DNA of 64,000 nt from positions 416,001-480,000 of the forward strand of contig CAWKHF010000007.1 of assembly GCA_963849325.1 (NCBI GenBank), written 5' to 3'. The stretch's first letter is position 1, and every line of letters starts with the position of its first letter. The DNA comes from an uncultured Planctomycetota bacterium (GTDB lineage Bacteria; Planctomycetota; Planctomycetia; Gemmatales; Gemmataceae). The notes below the pieces were generated by a model that was not told where the DNA came from, made no database searches, and saw only the letters and a program-made list of their open reading frames with translations. A program made the translations under genes and the position numbers. Below, piece after piece: positions 32,616-45,700 of this stretch.

Positions 32616-33320
32616 ATGTCCGTTCGCTTGTCGCCCCTGCCGATCGCCCTGTTGCTGGCCGCGTCGGGTTGTCTCTCTGACGAGAAGCACCTGACGACCG
32701 TTCCGGGCACACCGTTCGGCCAGCCGGTCCGCACGCAGGCGGCGTCGATGAAGCAAGCGCCGCCGGCCACGCAGAAGGTGGCGATGCGCGTCAGTGAGAT
32801 CGGCCGCAAGGTTCTGGCCGCCAACCCGCGCATCAATCAGCAGGTGGCTTTCCTCACCCTCGGCGTCTCCCAGCCGGAGCTTTTCCACCAGGTTCAGAAG
32901 GACGGCTGCGCCGTCTCCATCACCGAGGGATTGGTGAAGCAGTGTAAGAGCGACAACGAGTTGGCGGCCTTGCTGTGCGAGGAGCTGGGCAAGATGGAGG
33001 CGGAGAAGGCCGCCCGGACGAAGCCGGTGGCGAGTCTGCCGGAACGTCCGCCGCTCCTCACGCCGCGCGTCGGCAACGACATCGGCGGCTCGTTCGGTTC
33101 CGCCGACGGCACCGATCGAATGATCCTGGCTCGCTACGAGAAGGACCGGCAGCAGGCCCAACGGGCGCTGACGGCCCCGCAGCCGGACAGTCTGGCGCGT
33201 CTGTATCTGCGGAACGCCGGCTATGACGCCAAGGATCTCGATGCGGTCGCCCCCCTGCTGCGCCAGGCCGACCAGAATGACAGTGTCGAGCAGCTGATGA
33301 CCGGTAAGACGGGACAGTGA
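32616..33320 (+). CDS. Lipoprotein with a degenerate M48 peptidase-like domain
   Basis: Lipobox ASGC; ITEGLVKQCKSDNELAALLCEELG; LRNAGYD. Confidence 0.65.
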   Translation: MSVRLSPLPIALLLAASGCLSDEKHLTTVPGTPFGQPVRTQAASMKQAPPATQKVAMRVSEIGRKVLAANPRINQQVAFLTLGVSQPELFHQVQKDGCAVSITEGLVKQCKSDNELAALLCEELGKMEAEKAARTKPVASLPERPPLLTPRVGNDIGGSFGSADGTDRMILARYEKDRQQAQRALTAPQPDSLARLYLRNAGYDAKDLDAVAPLLRQADQNDSVEQLMTGKTGQ

Positions 33321-33346
33321 TTCACCTGCCCGCAGACGGTGTTCTC

Positions 33347-33399
33347 GTTTAGCCGCGACGCGCAGCGGAGCGCAGCTCCGCTGCGCGTCGCGGCTAAAC
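33347..33399. repeat. REP-like palindrome family A, copy 1
   Basis: 25-bp perfect arms GTTTAGCCGCGACGCGCAGCGGAGC / GCTCCGCTGCGCGTCGCGGCTAAAC; identical arms at 56909. Confidence 0.88.
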
Positions 33400-33491
33400 A
33401 GAGAGGAGCCACCCGCGACATCGCCACTTGTCCGGCCGCGCCCTCCGCATATCCTTACCTCCGTATCGTTCCCGGAAAAACGAGTTGCACC

Positions 33492-34527
33492 ATGAAATCG
33501 CGGCGTCTTCTCGGCTGGCTGACGGCCACTCTGTTGTTGGCGGCGTCGGCGGGCTGTCAACGCGGGCCGGCCAAGACCAAGGTGGCCTTCGTCAGCAACA
33601 ACCCCGAATCATTCTGGACCATCGCCGAGGCCGGTACCGAGCAAGGCCGCCGCCGAGGAGGACGTCGAGGTGCTCTTCCGCAAGCCCGCCCAGGGCGACG
33701 CCGCCCTGCAAAAAGAGCAGATCGACATCGTGCTCGGCCAGGGCATCAAGGCGCTGGCCGTCAGCGTCATCGACCCCGAGAACCAGCGCCGACTACCTCA
33801 ACGAGATCGCCGAAAAGATTCCGCTCATCACCCAGGACAACGACGCTCCGGACACTCAACGCAAGTGCTACATCGGCACCGACAACTACAAGGCCGGCAA
33901 GGCGGTCGGCCAGCTCGTCAAGGAAGCGATGCCCGACGGCGGCGACATCGCCATCTTCGTCGGCGACATCAAGCCGCTCAACGCCCGCCAGCGCCGCCAG
34001 GGCGTCCTCGACGAATTGGCCGGCGTCAAGGACGCCCCGGAGGACAAGTCCTACGGCAAATACCGCCTTATCGATACCTACACCGACCAGCCGGACGGCG
34101 CCTCGGAGTGCAAGAGGAAATGCCATCGATCTGCTCGCCACCAAGGAGATGGAGAAGGAGAAGCACATCTGCTTGGTCGGCTTGTGGGCTTACAATCCGC
34201 CGATGCTCCGCAGCGCCGTGCTCGACAAGGCCAAGGATCGGCTCGATCGCGGCGAGAGTCAAGATCGTCGGCTTCGACGAGGACACCGCCACCTTGCAGG
34301 GCATCGCCGACGGCTCGATCTACGCCACCGTCGTGCAGCAGCCGTTCGTGTTCGGCTACGAGTCGGTCAAGATGATGGCCGCCCTGGCTCGCGGCGATAG
34401 CTCGAAGCTCCCCGCCGACGGCATCCGTTACGTGCCCCATCGCGTCATCACCAAGGACGGCGGCAAGGATCGAGTGCCGGTCGAGAAATTCCGCCGCGAA
34501 CTGGAAGAAATGCTTGCCAAGAAATAA
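33492..34527 (+). CDS. Sugar ABC transporter substrate-binding lipoprotein, RbsB-like (several frameshifts)
   Basis: Lipobox SAGC; FWTIAEAG, YIGTDNYKAG, IVGFDE, TVVQQPF. Confidence 0.85.
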
Positions 34528-34578
34528 AGACGAACGACCTCCGCAGACCTCATCCATCCCTTCACCCCCTCATCCGAC

Positions 34579-36087
<1,509 letters not shown>

Positions 36088-36091
<4 letters not shown>

Positions 36092-37042
36092 AGCGACTGC
36101 TGGGCATCTTGCTGATGGTGAGTTTGCTGTATTTCGGACTGATGCTGTCCGACGACAACGCCCGTTCGCTGGGCAACCAGCAAACCATCGCCAACCGGCT
36201 CGGCTTCTACGGCGTGCTGACGGTCGGCGTCGGCATCCTCATCATCTCCGGCGGCATCGACCTGTCGATCGGCTCGGTGGTCGGCCTCGGCGCCGTCGCC
36301 TTCGCTCTGCTGCTGGAGAAGCAAGTGTCGCCCTGGCTGGCCGCCGCGATCGTGCTGCTGGGATCGGCACTGATCGGCCTGATCCACGGCCTGCTCGTCA
36401 CGCAGCTCGGTTTGCAGCCGTTTCTCGTGACGCTGTGCGGTCTGTTCATCTATCGCGGGCTGGCGCGCTGGGCCACGAAGGTCAGTGTCGGACTCGACAT
36501 TCGCGGCGCCCCGCCGGAATTCACCGAGCGCGTCGAACAGACACGGCGGCTCCTGGTCGGCACCCACTTCGGCGTTCCCGATCAGTTGCTTCTGTTGATT
36601 GGCCTGTCGGTCGTGCTGGGGCTATTTCTGCACGGCACGCGCTACGGCCGTTATCTGTTCGCCATCGGCTCCAACGAGGACGCGGCCCGTTACGCCGGCA
36701 TCCCCACGAACCGCTACAAGGTGCTGGCCTACGTCATCTGCTCGATGCTGGCCGGGCTGGGCAGCATCCTGTACCTGCTCGACAATCGCACGGCCAACGC
36801 CACCAGCGCCGGCTCGTGGCTGGAGTTGTACGCCATCACCGGCGCCGTGCTCGGCGGGTGCAGTCTGCGCGGCGGCGAGGGCACGGTCCCCGGCATGTTC
36901 CTGGGCGCGGCCGTGCTGCCGTTGCTGCGACAGCTCTGCAGCTTCGGCGGCATTCCCAACGAGCTGGAATACGCCGTCATCGGCGCGGCCTTGCTGCTTG
37001 GGCACGATCGCCGACGAACTGCTCAAGCGCCGCGGCTCGTAG
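36088..37042 (+). CDS. Sugar ABC transporter permease, RbsC-like (frameshift ~37000)
   Basis: GGIDLSIGS, GRYLFAIGSNE, ELYAITGAVLGGCSLRGG. Confidence 0.92.
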
Positions 37043-37055
37043 CGCGACGGTACAC

Positions 37056-37083
37056 TTGACCCTTCTCTCGCCTGTGCGATAAT
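37056..37083 (+). promoter_or_regulatory. Candidate sigma70 promoter
   Basis: TTGACC-16 nt-GATAAT with an extended -10 TG, ~40 nt upstream of ATG 37121. Confidence 0.45.
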
Positions 37084-37120
37084 CCGAAAAGACTCGGCCA
37101 ACTCTTCGCAGAGACGGGTC

Positions 37121-39658
37121 ATGCTCAAACTGCTGACGTGCCCACAGGGCCATTACTGGGAGAAATCGATCGAGGACGGCGCCGACGGGCGGCACGATCG
37201 CTGTCCGGTGTGCGGTCACGCCGCCGAGACGATGCCGCTGCTGGACCTGGAGTCGCCGGAGGAGCGTCCCCAGCGCCGGCCGAACCGCCGCCACCGCCGC
37301 CGCTGCGGGACAAGGAAGGGCGTCCCATCATCGCCGGCTACGAGATCCTGCAAGATCTCGGCAAAGGTCCAACCGGCGTCCACCATTACCGAGCGCGGCA
37401 GGTGCTCGTCAATCGCACGGTCGTCCTCAAGGTGGTGTTCGCCGGGGAAGACCCCACCCAATTCGCCTGGGGCAGTTTACGCGGCGAGGCTGCGGCGCTG
37501 GGCCGGCTCAGCCATCCCAACATCGTGCAGGTCCTCGACGCCGGCGAACGCGAGCGCCAGTTGTTCTACAACGCTGTCGAGCACGTCGAGGGGCCGACGC
37601 TGGCCGAAGCCCAGGACGGCAAACCGCTGCCCTTGCGCCAGGCCATCGCCCTGGTCGAGACGCTGGCGCGAGCCATCCATCGCGCCCATGAAAAAAACCT
37701 GTTGCACCGCAACCTGAAACCGGCCAGCATCCTCCTCCAACGAATCGAAGACTCAAAGACGAAAGAGACCGCTCGTGTCTCTATTGCTTCGGTCCTCATT
37801 CATCAATCCTCCTTCCTCACTCTGAAGATCACGGACTTCGGGCTGGCCCGTCGGCCGGTCGAGGGCGATGCAACCGACGTGGAGCTGCAAGGCGAGCTGC
37901 CCTGCTACCTCTCTCCCGAGCAAGCCTGGGGGCGTGCCAAGGACATCGGGCCGGCCACGGACGTGTACGCGCTGGGAGCGATCCTCTTCGAGCTGATAAC
38001 CGGCCGGCCGCCGTTTCGGGCGAAAACGGCGGCTGCAAACCCTCGATGCCATTCAGTTCAAGGAGTTGGTCCCCCTGTCGCGTCTTCGCAAGCGCGTGCC
38101 GCGCGACCTCGATACCATCTGTCGCAAGTGCCTGGCCCGGCAGCCTCGTCGCCGCTACCCCAGCGCCCTGGATCTGGCCGAGGACCTGCGCCGCTTCGCC
38201 GCCGGCTATCCGATCAAGGCCCGCTCGGCCAGCAATGCCGAGCGCTTCGGCAAATGGCTGCGGCGGCACCTGCGTGGCGTCGCCCTCGTCCTGCTCAGTC
38301 TGTGGGCCGGCATCTCGTTACTGATCCTCTTCGCGTCTGGCAGCGGCAGTCCCAACTCGATGCACAACCTCCGCGAGCAGAGCTATCGTCAGGCGGTGAT
38401 GCGGCTGGAGAGCGATCTTCTCCAAGCCCGCAGAAATGCAGCTACCGCCGACTATCTCCGCTACCTGAGCCTGGCCGAGCGCGAGGTGGAGGATGGCAAC
38501 CGGGAGCGCGGCCTGGCGCTGCTCGACCGCTGCCCGGAAGAATTGCGACAATGGGAATGGTACTACCTGCGCAGCCGCTTGCAGGAGGCGGCGAAGGGCC
38601 GCATGGTTTTCGCCACTACCCTGCCGATCGCGAGCATCGACCTCAGCCGCGATGGGCAGTATCTGGCCGCCGGCGGCGCCGCGGACGCGGTCAATCCACC
38701 TCCAGGAGATAAAGGCGAGGTCGTCGTGTGGGGTCTGACGAACCGAGAACGGCTCTGGCAAGAGTCGGTCGCGGCGCCGGTGCATGGGGTGACGTTCAAC
38801 GCCGACAACTGGCACCTCGCCCTGGTCGCCGGCGAGGAAGCGCAGCAGCGACGTGCAGGTTCGCGGTACGCGAACCGGCCAGCTCTTGTTTTCCCGTCCC
38901 TATCCCGCAGGGACGTGGCTGACCGCCCTCGCTTACAGTTCCGATCAGGCCAGCTTGTTCGTCGCCGGCGGCAATGGCGTCGTGCATGCCTTGCAGGCGG
39001 CACGATGGGGACGAGCAGATGTCTGCACCAGGTCGCCTTTCGCCAGGTGTGGCCGCCCGGCCCGTATATGCGGCTGGTCCCGCTCGGCCCGGAGAACGAA
39101 CGTCTTGCCCTCATCAGTCCCGACGGCAGCCAGATTGTGGTCCTTCACGACCTGCGCGGTTGGCAGCCCCGGGAGCTGCGCGGCCGCGAGAACGCGACCA
39201 TCCTCGCCCTGGCTTACGACGAACACACCCAGACCCTGGCGGCCGCCGGCCGCGATCAGACCATTCGACTGTGGAACCTGCGTTCTCCGGGCCAGGCAAC
39301 GATCGTCCTGCGCGGCCACAAGGGCGCCGTTACCGGCGTGGCGTTCAGCAGCAACGGCAAACGCCTGGCCAGTTGCGCCGCCGACGGCACGGTCATCATT
39401 TGGGATACCGAGCAGGGACAGGAAATGCTTACGCTCCGGGGCTACGACGGGGCCACCGCCGTCGTCTTTAGCCGCGACAACGACCGACCGATCTTTTTCG
39501 GCAATGCGCCGCCCATCGACCGCTTGGCCATCGCCCACGGCAACAAGGTGACGGTGCTGGCACCGCAGCGCTTCGGCACGAGGATGGTAGTCGCGGACAG
39601 CCCGGCGCGAATTGGTACAATGATTGATCCGTTGATCCGAGACTCCCCGGAAGCGTAG
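37121..39658 (+). CDS. Zn-ribbon / Ser-Thr kinase-like (probable pseudokinase) / TM / WD40 protein (several frameshifts)
   Basis: [47 protein letters not shown] repeats. Confidence 0.85.
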
Positions 39659-39672
39659 ACAAGGAAGCGATC

Positions 39673-40254
39673 ATGGCGGTGAAGAAGATCCTGATGCTGG
39701 TCGGCGATTACGTGGAGGATTACGAGGTCATGGTGCCCTTCCAGGCGCTGCAGATGATCGGGCACACGGTTCACGCCGTCTGTCCGGGCAAGTCCAGCGG
39801 GCAGACGGTGCGGACGGCCATCCACGATTTCGAGGGCGATCAGACCTACAGCGAGAAGCGCGGCCACAACTTCACGCTCAACGCCTCCTTCGCCGACGTG
39901 CGGCCGGAATCCTACGACGCCCTGGTCCTGCCCGGCGGCCGCTCGCCGGAGTATCTGCGCCTCAACGAGGACGTGCTGCGCATCGTGCGACACTTCGCCG
40001 AGGCGAAGAAACCGATCGCCGCCATCTGTCATGCCGCTCAGCTGCTGGCCGCCGCCGGCGTCGTCCAGGGCCGCACCTGCTCGGCCTATCCCGCCGTCGG
40101 TCCCGAGGTGAAGAGTGCCGGCGGTCGCTGGGTCGATGTCGGCTTCGACCGCGCGCACGTGGACGGCAATCTCGTCACCGCCGCCGCCTGGCCGGCCCAT
40201 CCGCAATGGCTGGCCCGCTTCCTCGACGTCCTCGGCACGCGCATCGAGCCGTGA
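39673..40254 (+). CDS. DJ-1/PfpI family protein
   Basis: [19 protein letters not shown]. Confidence 0.92.
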   Translation: MAVKKILMLVGDYVEDYEVMVPFQALQMIGHTVHAVCPGKSSGQTVRTAIHDFEGDQTYSEKRGHNFTLNASFADVRPESYDALVLPGGRSPEYLRLNEDVLRIVRHFAEAKKPIAAICHAAQLLAAAGVVQGRTCSAYPAVGPEVKSAGGRWVDVGFDRAHVDGNLVTAAAWPAHPQWLARFLDVLGTRIEP

Positions 40255-40286
40255 CGGCGTTTCCATTCCTTCCGAGAAAGGTATTC

Positions 40287-40971
40287 ATGCACATTTGTCT
40301 CTTCGACATCGACGGCACGCTGATCGCCAGCGGCGGCGCCGGCAAGGCCGCCCTGGAGGCGGCCCTGGCCGACGAGTTCGGTATCCCGCGCATCATCGAC
40401 AAGCTGGAACTGAGCGGCCGCACCGACCGCGCCATCATCGCCGACCTGTTCCGCCTGCACGTCATCGACGATACGCCGCAAAACCACGAGCGTCTGCGCG
40501 ATGCCTACCTGCGCCATCTGCCGCGCTGCCTGGCGAGGGGCACCGGCCGCGTCCTGCCCGGCATCGCCGAGTTGCTGGCCCACCTCGCCGGCCGGGACGA
40601 CGTGGCTGTCGGCCTGCTGACGGGCAACGTGCGCGCGGGGGCGAAGGTCAAGCTCGGTCACTTCGGCCTGTCATCACTATTTCGCCTTCGGCGGCTACGG
40701 CGATCATCACCTGGACCGCGATGACGTGGCCCGCGAGGCGTTGGCCGAGGTGCGGCGGCAGTTGAACGGCTCCGTCTGTCTCGAACGCATTTGGGTCGTC
40801 GGCGATACGCCGCTGGACATCCGCTGCGCCCGTTGCATCGGCGCCCGCGCCGTGGCCGTGGCGACCGGATGGCACAGCCTGGAGGAGTTGTCCGTGCATC
40901 AGCCGGACTTGCTGTTAGCCGACTTGTCCAATCACGAGCCGTTACTCGCGCAGTGGATTTCGTCGAGCTGA
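40287..40971 (+). CDS. HAD-superfamily hydrolase (frameshift ~40678)
   Basis: LFDIDGTL, LLTGN, VGDTPLD. Confidence 0.88.
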
Positions 40972-40974
40972 GCC

Positions 40975-41298
40975 GCGAGCGTGAACGCGCAGCGTGTTTG
41001 TCGAGGGACCGGAGTTGCCGCCAGTCGCGGACAACCCAGACCACAAGGCCGACAGCGAACACGGCATGAGCCGAGCCAATGACCCATGTACCCCACGGGC
41101 TCGCCACGCGATCAAGCAACCACGCGCATCCCCATAGCGTCAGTGGAACGACCGGGATTAGCGGAAGGATACTCACGCCACCTCGTTGCCCTTCGGGTAT
41201 GCGACGACGTGAATCCTCAACTGCGCCCGGGCCGCCGCTGCGACGATCCACAAACACCAGACTGCGAAGACGACCAGCAGCAGAACCCACGATGGCAT
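40975..41298 (-). CDS. Small membrane protein, probable gene cassette (frameshift ~41225; 3' end unclear)
   Basis: MPSWVLLLVVFAVWCLWIVAA...GGVSILPLIPVVPLTLWG...PWGTWVIGSAHAVFAVGLVVW; three hydrophobic segments. Confidence 0.5.
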
Positions 41299-41340
41299 CG
41301 GCCCTTCTCTTCGACGAGCTACTGTTTCGGCACAAGCACT

Positions 41341-41634
41341 TCAATAACGCCAGGTTGCCCTCCGCCCATCCGTCTCAATGTGCAAGAGGAACTCGGTGAT
41401 CGGCTCGCGGCCGTCGAGCGGCTCCAACCGCAACCCTTGGGCCAACTCATCCCAGACGACGCCCCACTCGTCCCGGTCGGCGTCAAGCAATTCCCGCTCG
41501 CGGTTGAATAGCGAGCGAACGACCTCGAACCCGTCGGCTGGTTCGAAGGTGCCATGCCACCATGGCCAGTCGCTGCCGGTACGGGTTAGAGTACCCAGGA
41601 GGACATTGCCCCGATGTACCCGGTAATCCGGCAC
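41341..41634 (-). CDS. Hypothetical protein (97 aa), gene cassette immediately downstream of the attC
   Basis: RBS AAGGAGG and GTG directly after the attC R' box; DWPWWHGTFEPADGFE. Confidence 0.7.
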   Translation of the reverse strand: MPDYRVHRGNVLLGTLTRTGSDWPWWHGTFEPADGFEVVRSLFNRERELLDADRDEWGVVWDELAQGLRLEPLDGREPITEFLLHIETDGRRATWRY

Positions 41635-41648
41635 GAGTTCCCTCCTTC

Positions 41649-41745
41649 GACGAACGACACAGTTCAGCGACAGGGCAGGCGAGAAAGACGTTGAACCTCG
41701 AAAAGCCGCAAGGCTCGCTTTGTCTGCTGCAACGGCCGGTTCGGC
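41649..41745 (-). mobile_element. Integron attC recombination site (97 bp)
   Basis: On the - strand: R'' GCCGAAC, 5 nt, L'' GTTGCAGC ... L' GCTGAAC, 6 nt, R' GTTCGTC; L'' has one extra base relative to L'; inner AGAC/GTC pairing with a second bulge. Confidence 0.8.
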
Positions 41746-41799
41746 GGCTACTTCTCTTTCCATCGCCTGCCAGCAGAAACCGTAGTAGTGCCTAAACAT

Positions 41800-42346
41800 T
41801 CATTCGATTGGCCGGTTTGCCCCAGCGACTCGTCCGGCTGGAACTAAGGCTTTGGCAATTACACTCTCAACAAGATACCTCATATCAGAGAAAAAGAACG
41901 CACCCCACATCGCCGTCTTCCGGTAGTAATATACCGCTCTGGCTTTGAAGTCCACCACCACCGGGAACTCGAAAATCGCCCAATGTTTCCTTGGGCGGCT
42001 CTCCACATACCGAATCAAGCCCTCGTCCGCGTGCCTGACCGCCAAGCAAGGTATCACCATGTAGCCGAACTGTAAGCCGCGAAGGAGTGGGACGCGGTTC
42101 CCTTTCTTGCCATAGCGGAAACCCACATCGAACAGATCCTCCGCGTCGGCCCTGGTCGCCGACTCCATGCTGCGGACAAGAATGTGTCGGGATAGGAGGA
42201 CCAACCCTTTCCAGGAGAAGTAGGTTCGAGACCCGATGAGATCCACCTTGGGGCCTCCCTGCACCTTCACCTGCCGCGAGGCACGCAGGCCCTGCGCATG
42301 AAGCTGACCTTCCACCAATGCGAGGAACTCGGACAATTCGTCCACG
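41800..42346 (-). CDS. Hypothetical protein, probable gene cassette
   Basis: Visibly lower-GC ORF upstream of the attC; GTG at 42346 preceded by GAGGTG (ORF track start 42372). Confidence 0.65.
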
Positions 42347-42380
42347 GCCGTCACCTCAATGATGCCGAGCACCCAAGCTC

Positions 42381-42530
42381 CGTGGGTCTATAAGAATGGG
42401 GATGCCTCGATTGTGGTTATTGTGGTATCAGGGACGATCACTGGTCCAAGTGCAGAAGTCATCCCCATGAAGAGCAAATCATACCGTGCCATCGATGTCA
42501 ATCAGATTCACCTGGATCGCTCTACGGCAG
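42381..42530 (+). mobile_element. Possible IS110-family left-end remnant (non-coding end plus ~20 codons of transposase)
   Basis: MKSKSYRAIDVNQIHLDR resembles, from recollection only, planctomycete IS110 transposase N-termini; abuts a half attC. Confidence 0.35.
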
Positions 42531-42615
42531 AACGGCTGTCGTTCCTGTGGAATATATTTTCTCTTGACACCAAGAGCCTTAGGAGTGTTAGGCTACAGCA
42601 AAGGCGGAGCATCTG

Positions 42616-42711
42616 TCGGAGCCCGCAGCGTCAGCGAGGAAACGCCCCTCGCTGCGGCTGCGGGCCTCGACAAGTCCGGGGAATGTCCCTCGCTGACGCT
42701 GCGGGCTCCGA
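42616..42711. repeat. REP-like palindrome family B (three half-sites)
   Basis: TCGGAGCCCGCAGCGTCAGCGAGG, then two inverted copies CCTCGCTG(AC/CG)GCTGCGGGC; sister copy at 60806. Confidence 0.82.
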
Positions 42712-42716
42712 GAACC

Positions 42717-45700
42717 ATGACCACGGTTTCGGTGCGCTGTCCTCATTGTCAGGCTGCCAACCAGGTCGCCGAGTCCGACCTGGACCGTGAGACCATTTGC
42801 CTGCACTGCCGGCAATCCTTCGTGCCCGCCCTGGCGAAAGACAGTTCCTCCAAGCGATCCTCGCCGTGGTGGTGGCTCTCTGATGACGCCTCTGGCTCGG
42901 CCCTGCCTCCGACGGTGCCGTGGGATGGTCGGCCGCGTGCCGATGCCGAATCCGTCGCCGACACCTGGAAGCCCGGCGACGTTATCCTCGATCTTTACGA
43001 GGTGCGCGAGGTCTTCACCAGCGGCGGCCGCGGCCTCGTCTACCGCGTGCGCCACCGCGGCTGGAACATGGACCTGGCCGTCAAGTGTCCGCGGCCCGAG
43101 TTTTTCCTCAGCGAGCAGGACAAGGCCGACTTCGAGCAGCGAGGCGGAGACGTGGGTGAAGCTCGGTCTGCACCCGCACCTGGTCACCTGCCATTACGTC
43201 CGCCGACTGGGTGGCATCCCGCGCGTCTTTGCCGAGTACGTCTCCGGCGGCAGCCTGGCCGAGTGGATTCGTTCGCGGAAGCTGTACGCGGGTGGGCCGA
43301 GCCGGGCACTGGAGCGCATTCTCGATGTATCCATCCAGTTCGCCTGGGGTCTGCAGCACGCTCACGAGCAGGGGTTGGTACACCGCGACGTCAAGCCGGG
43401 CAACGTCCTACTGACGAGCGACGGCATCGCCAAGGTCACCGACTTCGGCATGGCCAAGGCGCGTGGGACAGTCGGGCACGCGGTCGCGGACAATGGGCAG
43501 GGGAGCATCCTGGTCAGTGCGGGAGGACTGACGCCAGCCTTCTGCTCGCCCGAGCAGGTGCAGGGCCGGCCCGTGTCGCGCAAGACCGACATCTGGAGCT
43601 GGGGCGTGTCGCTGTTGCACGTGTTCGTCGGCTCGACGCCGTGGTCGGCCGGCTACCTGGCCGACGGCGTGCTGGCCGACTATCTGCAGCGCGGCCCGTC
43701 CGAGAGTTGCCTGCCGTCCATGCCGCCGGCGCTGGCCGACCTGCTGCGGCAGTGCTTCCGTCCCGACCCCAACGAACGGCCGCGCGACATGCTGGAAATC
43801 GTGGCCGTCCTGCAACGGCTGTACGGGCAGACGATGGGCCGGCCGTACCGCCGCGAGCCTCCGCAGGCCGTCAAGGCGCACGCCGATTCTCTCAACAATC
43901 GGGCCTTATCGCTGCGTGACCTGCACAAGCACGACGAGGCGGAACGTCTGTGGCAGGAGGCGCTGACGGTCAGCGCCCAGCACCCGGAATCGACGTACAA
44001 TCTCGGCCTGACGCGCTGGCGGGCCGGCCGGCTGAGCGGGGAGTCTCTGCTGCAACAACTACGCGATGTTTGCCTCGCACATCGGGGCGAATGGCTGCCG
44101 CCGTATTTGTTGGCCCGCGTGCAGCTGGAGCAGGCCGATTGGCACGCGACCGTCCAGACGCTGGAGAGCGTCACCGGCGCAGGGGCCGAGCTGGACGAAG
44201 TTCGGGCCGCGCGCGAGGCGGCGCGCGAGTGCCTGAATGATGGCGGCCAGCTCGTGCGCCGCTTGTCCGGACACACCGGCTGGGTCTCCTCGGTGTGCGC
44301 CGGCCGCAATGGCCGCTCGGCCCTGTCCGGCAGCGCCGACGGCTCTCTCAAACTGTGGAGTATCTCTAGCGGCCATTGCCTGCGCACGTTTCAGGGACAT
44401 TCCGGGTGGGTTACGTCGGTTGGTCTTAACGGCGACGGGCGCCTGGCTCTGTCGGGCAGCGCCGACCGCACGCTTCGGCTTTGGCAGACCGCCGACGGGC
44501 AATGCCTGCGCATCCTGCAAGGGCACGCCAACTGGGTGCTCGCCGCGGCCCTGAGCGCCGACGGGCGGCTGGCACTGTCCGGCGGCGGCGATGGTGCAGT
44601 CAAGTTGTGGGAGACCGCCACGGGCGCCTGCCTGCGTACCCTCGACGGCCACGAAGGCCCTGTTCTCGCCGTGTGTTGGAGTGCCGATGGACGGCACGTC
44701 CTGTCCGGCAGCCGGGACCGCACGCTCCAGTTGTGGGAGGCCGGCAGCGGGCAGCGCCTGCGCACGTTCATCGGACACGCCGACAAGGTAGCGGCGGCGG
44801 CGCTGAGTGCCGACGGGCAGTACGCCCTGTCCGGCGGCGCCGACCGCACGCTGCGGTTGTGGGACGTCGCCACCGGACGCTGTGTACACCCTTTCGAGGG
44901 GCACCAGGCGGGGGTGACATCGGTCTGCTTCAGCGGCGGCGGCTGTTATGCCCTGTCCGCCAGTGAGGACCGCACGGTCAAGGTCTGGCAACTCACGACA
45001 GGCCGTTGCCTCGCTACCCTGGAAGGCCACGCCGGCACGGTGCATTCGCTCTGCTTGGCCGGGGGAGGCCGGCGGATGTTATCGGCCAGCGCGGACACAA
45101 CGCTGGCCTTGTGGACCGTGCCCGGCGATCAGCCCGCTCCCTACGTCCTCTCGCGCGTGCTGCCGAGTGACATCGAGATGTCAGCATGGACGGAGTACGA
45201 GCGGGCGCTGGAGGGGCGCGACAGGCGCTCGCCGCTGGCGATGCCGTCCGCGCCGCCGGCTACGTGCGCAAGGCTCGTTCGCAGCCGGGCCACGGCCGCC
45301 GACCGGAGTCCATGAACCTGTGGGGCCGCCTATACGTCCATTTGCCGCGTCCGGCGCTGCAGGGCGGTTGGGGCGGGCCGACCCTGGCCGAGCATACCGA
45401 GGCGGTGACATCGGCCTGTCTCGCTGCCGACGGTCGGTTCGCCCTGTCCGGCAGTGCCGATCGCACCCTCAAGTTGTGGGAGCCGGCCACCGGCCGCTGT
45501 CTGCACACCTTCGAGAGCGACATGGGCGGGGTAACGTCCGTGAGTCTCAGCGGCGACGGCCGCCTGGCCCTCTCGGCCAGCAACGATGCCGCCCTGAAAC
45601 TCTGGGACGTCCGCGCCGGCCACTGCCTGCGCACCTGCCGCGCGGACCTGGACGTTCTCACTTCGGTAGCGCTCGAGCGCCGACGGCCAGCTGGCCATGT

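Noticed and set aside
41635-41799. N-terminal extension of ORF 41341-41799 (MFRHYYG...AEPAVAADKAS...)
   Set aside because: It is a translation of the attC site; the real start is the GTG at 41634 after AAGGAGG
42564-42594. Promoter TTGACA...TAGGCT upstream of the kinase
   Set aside because: The 19-nt spacer is too long to call with confidence
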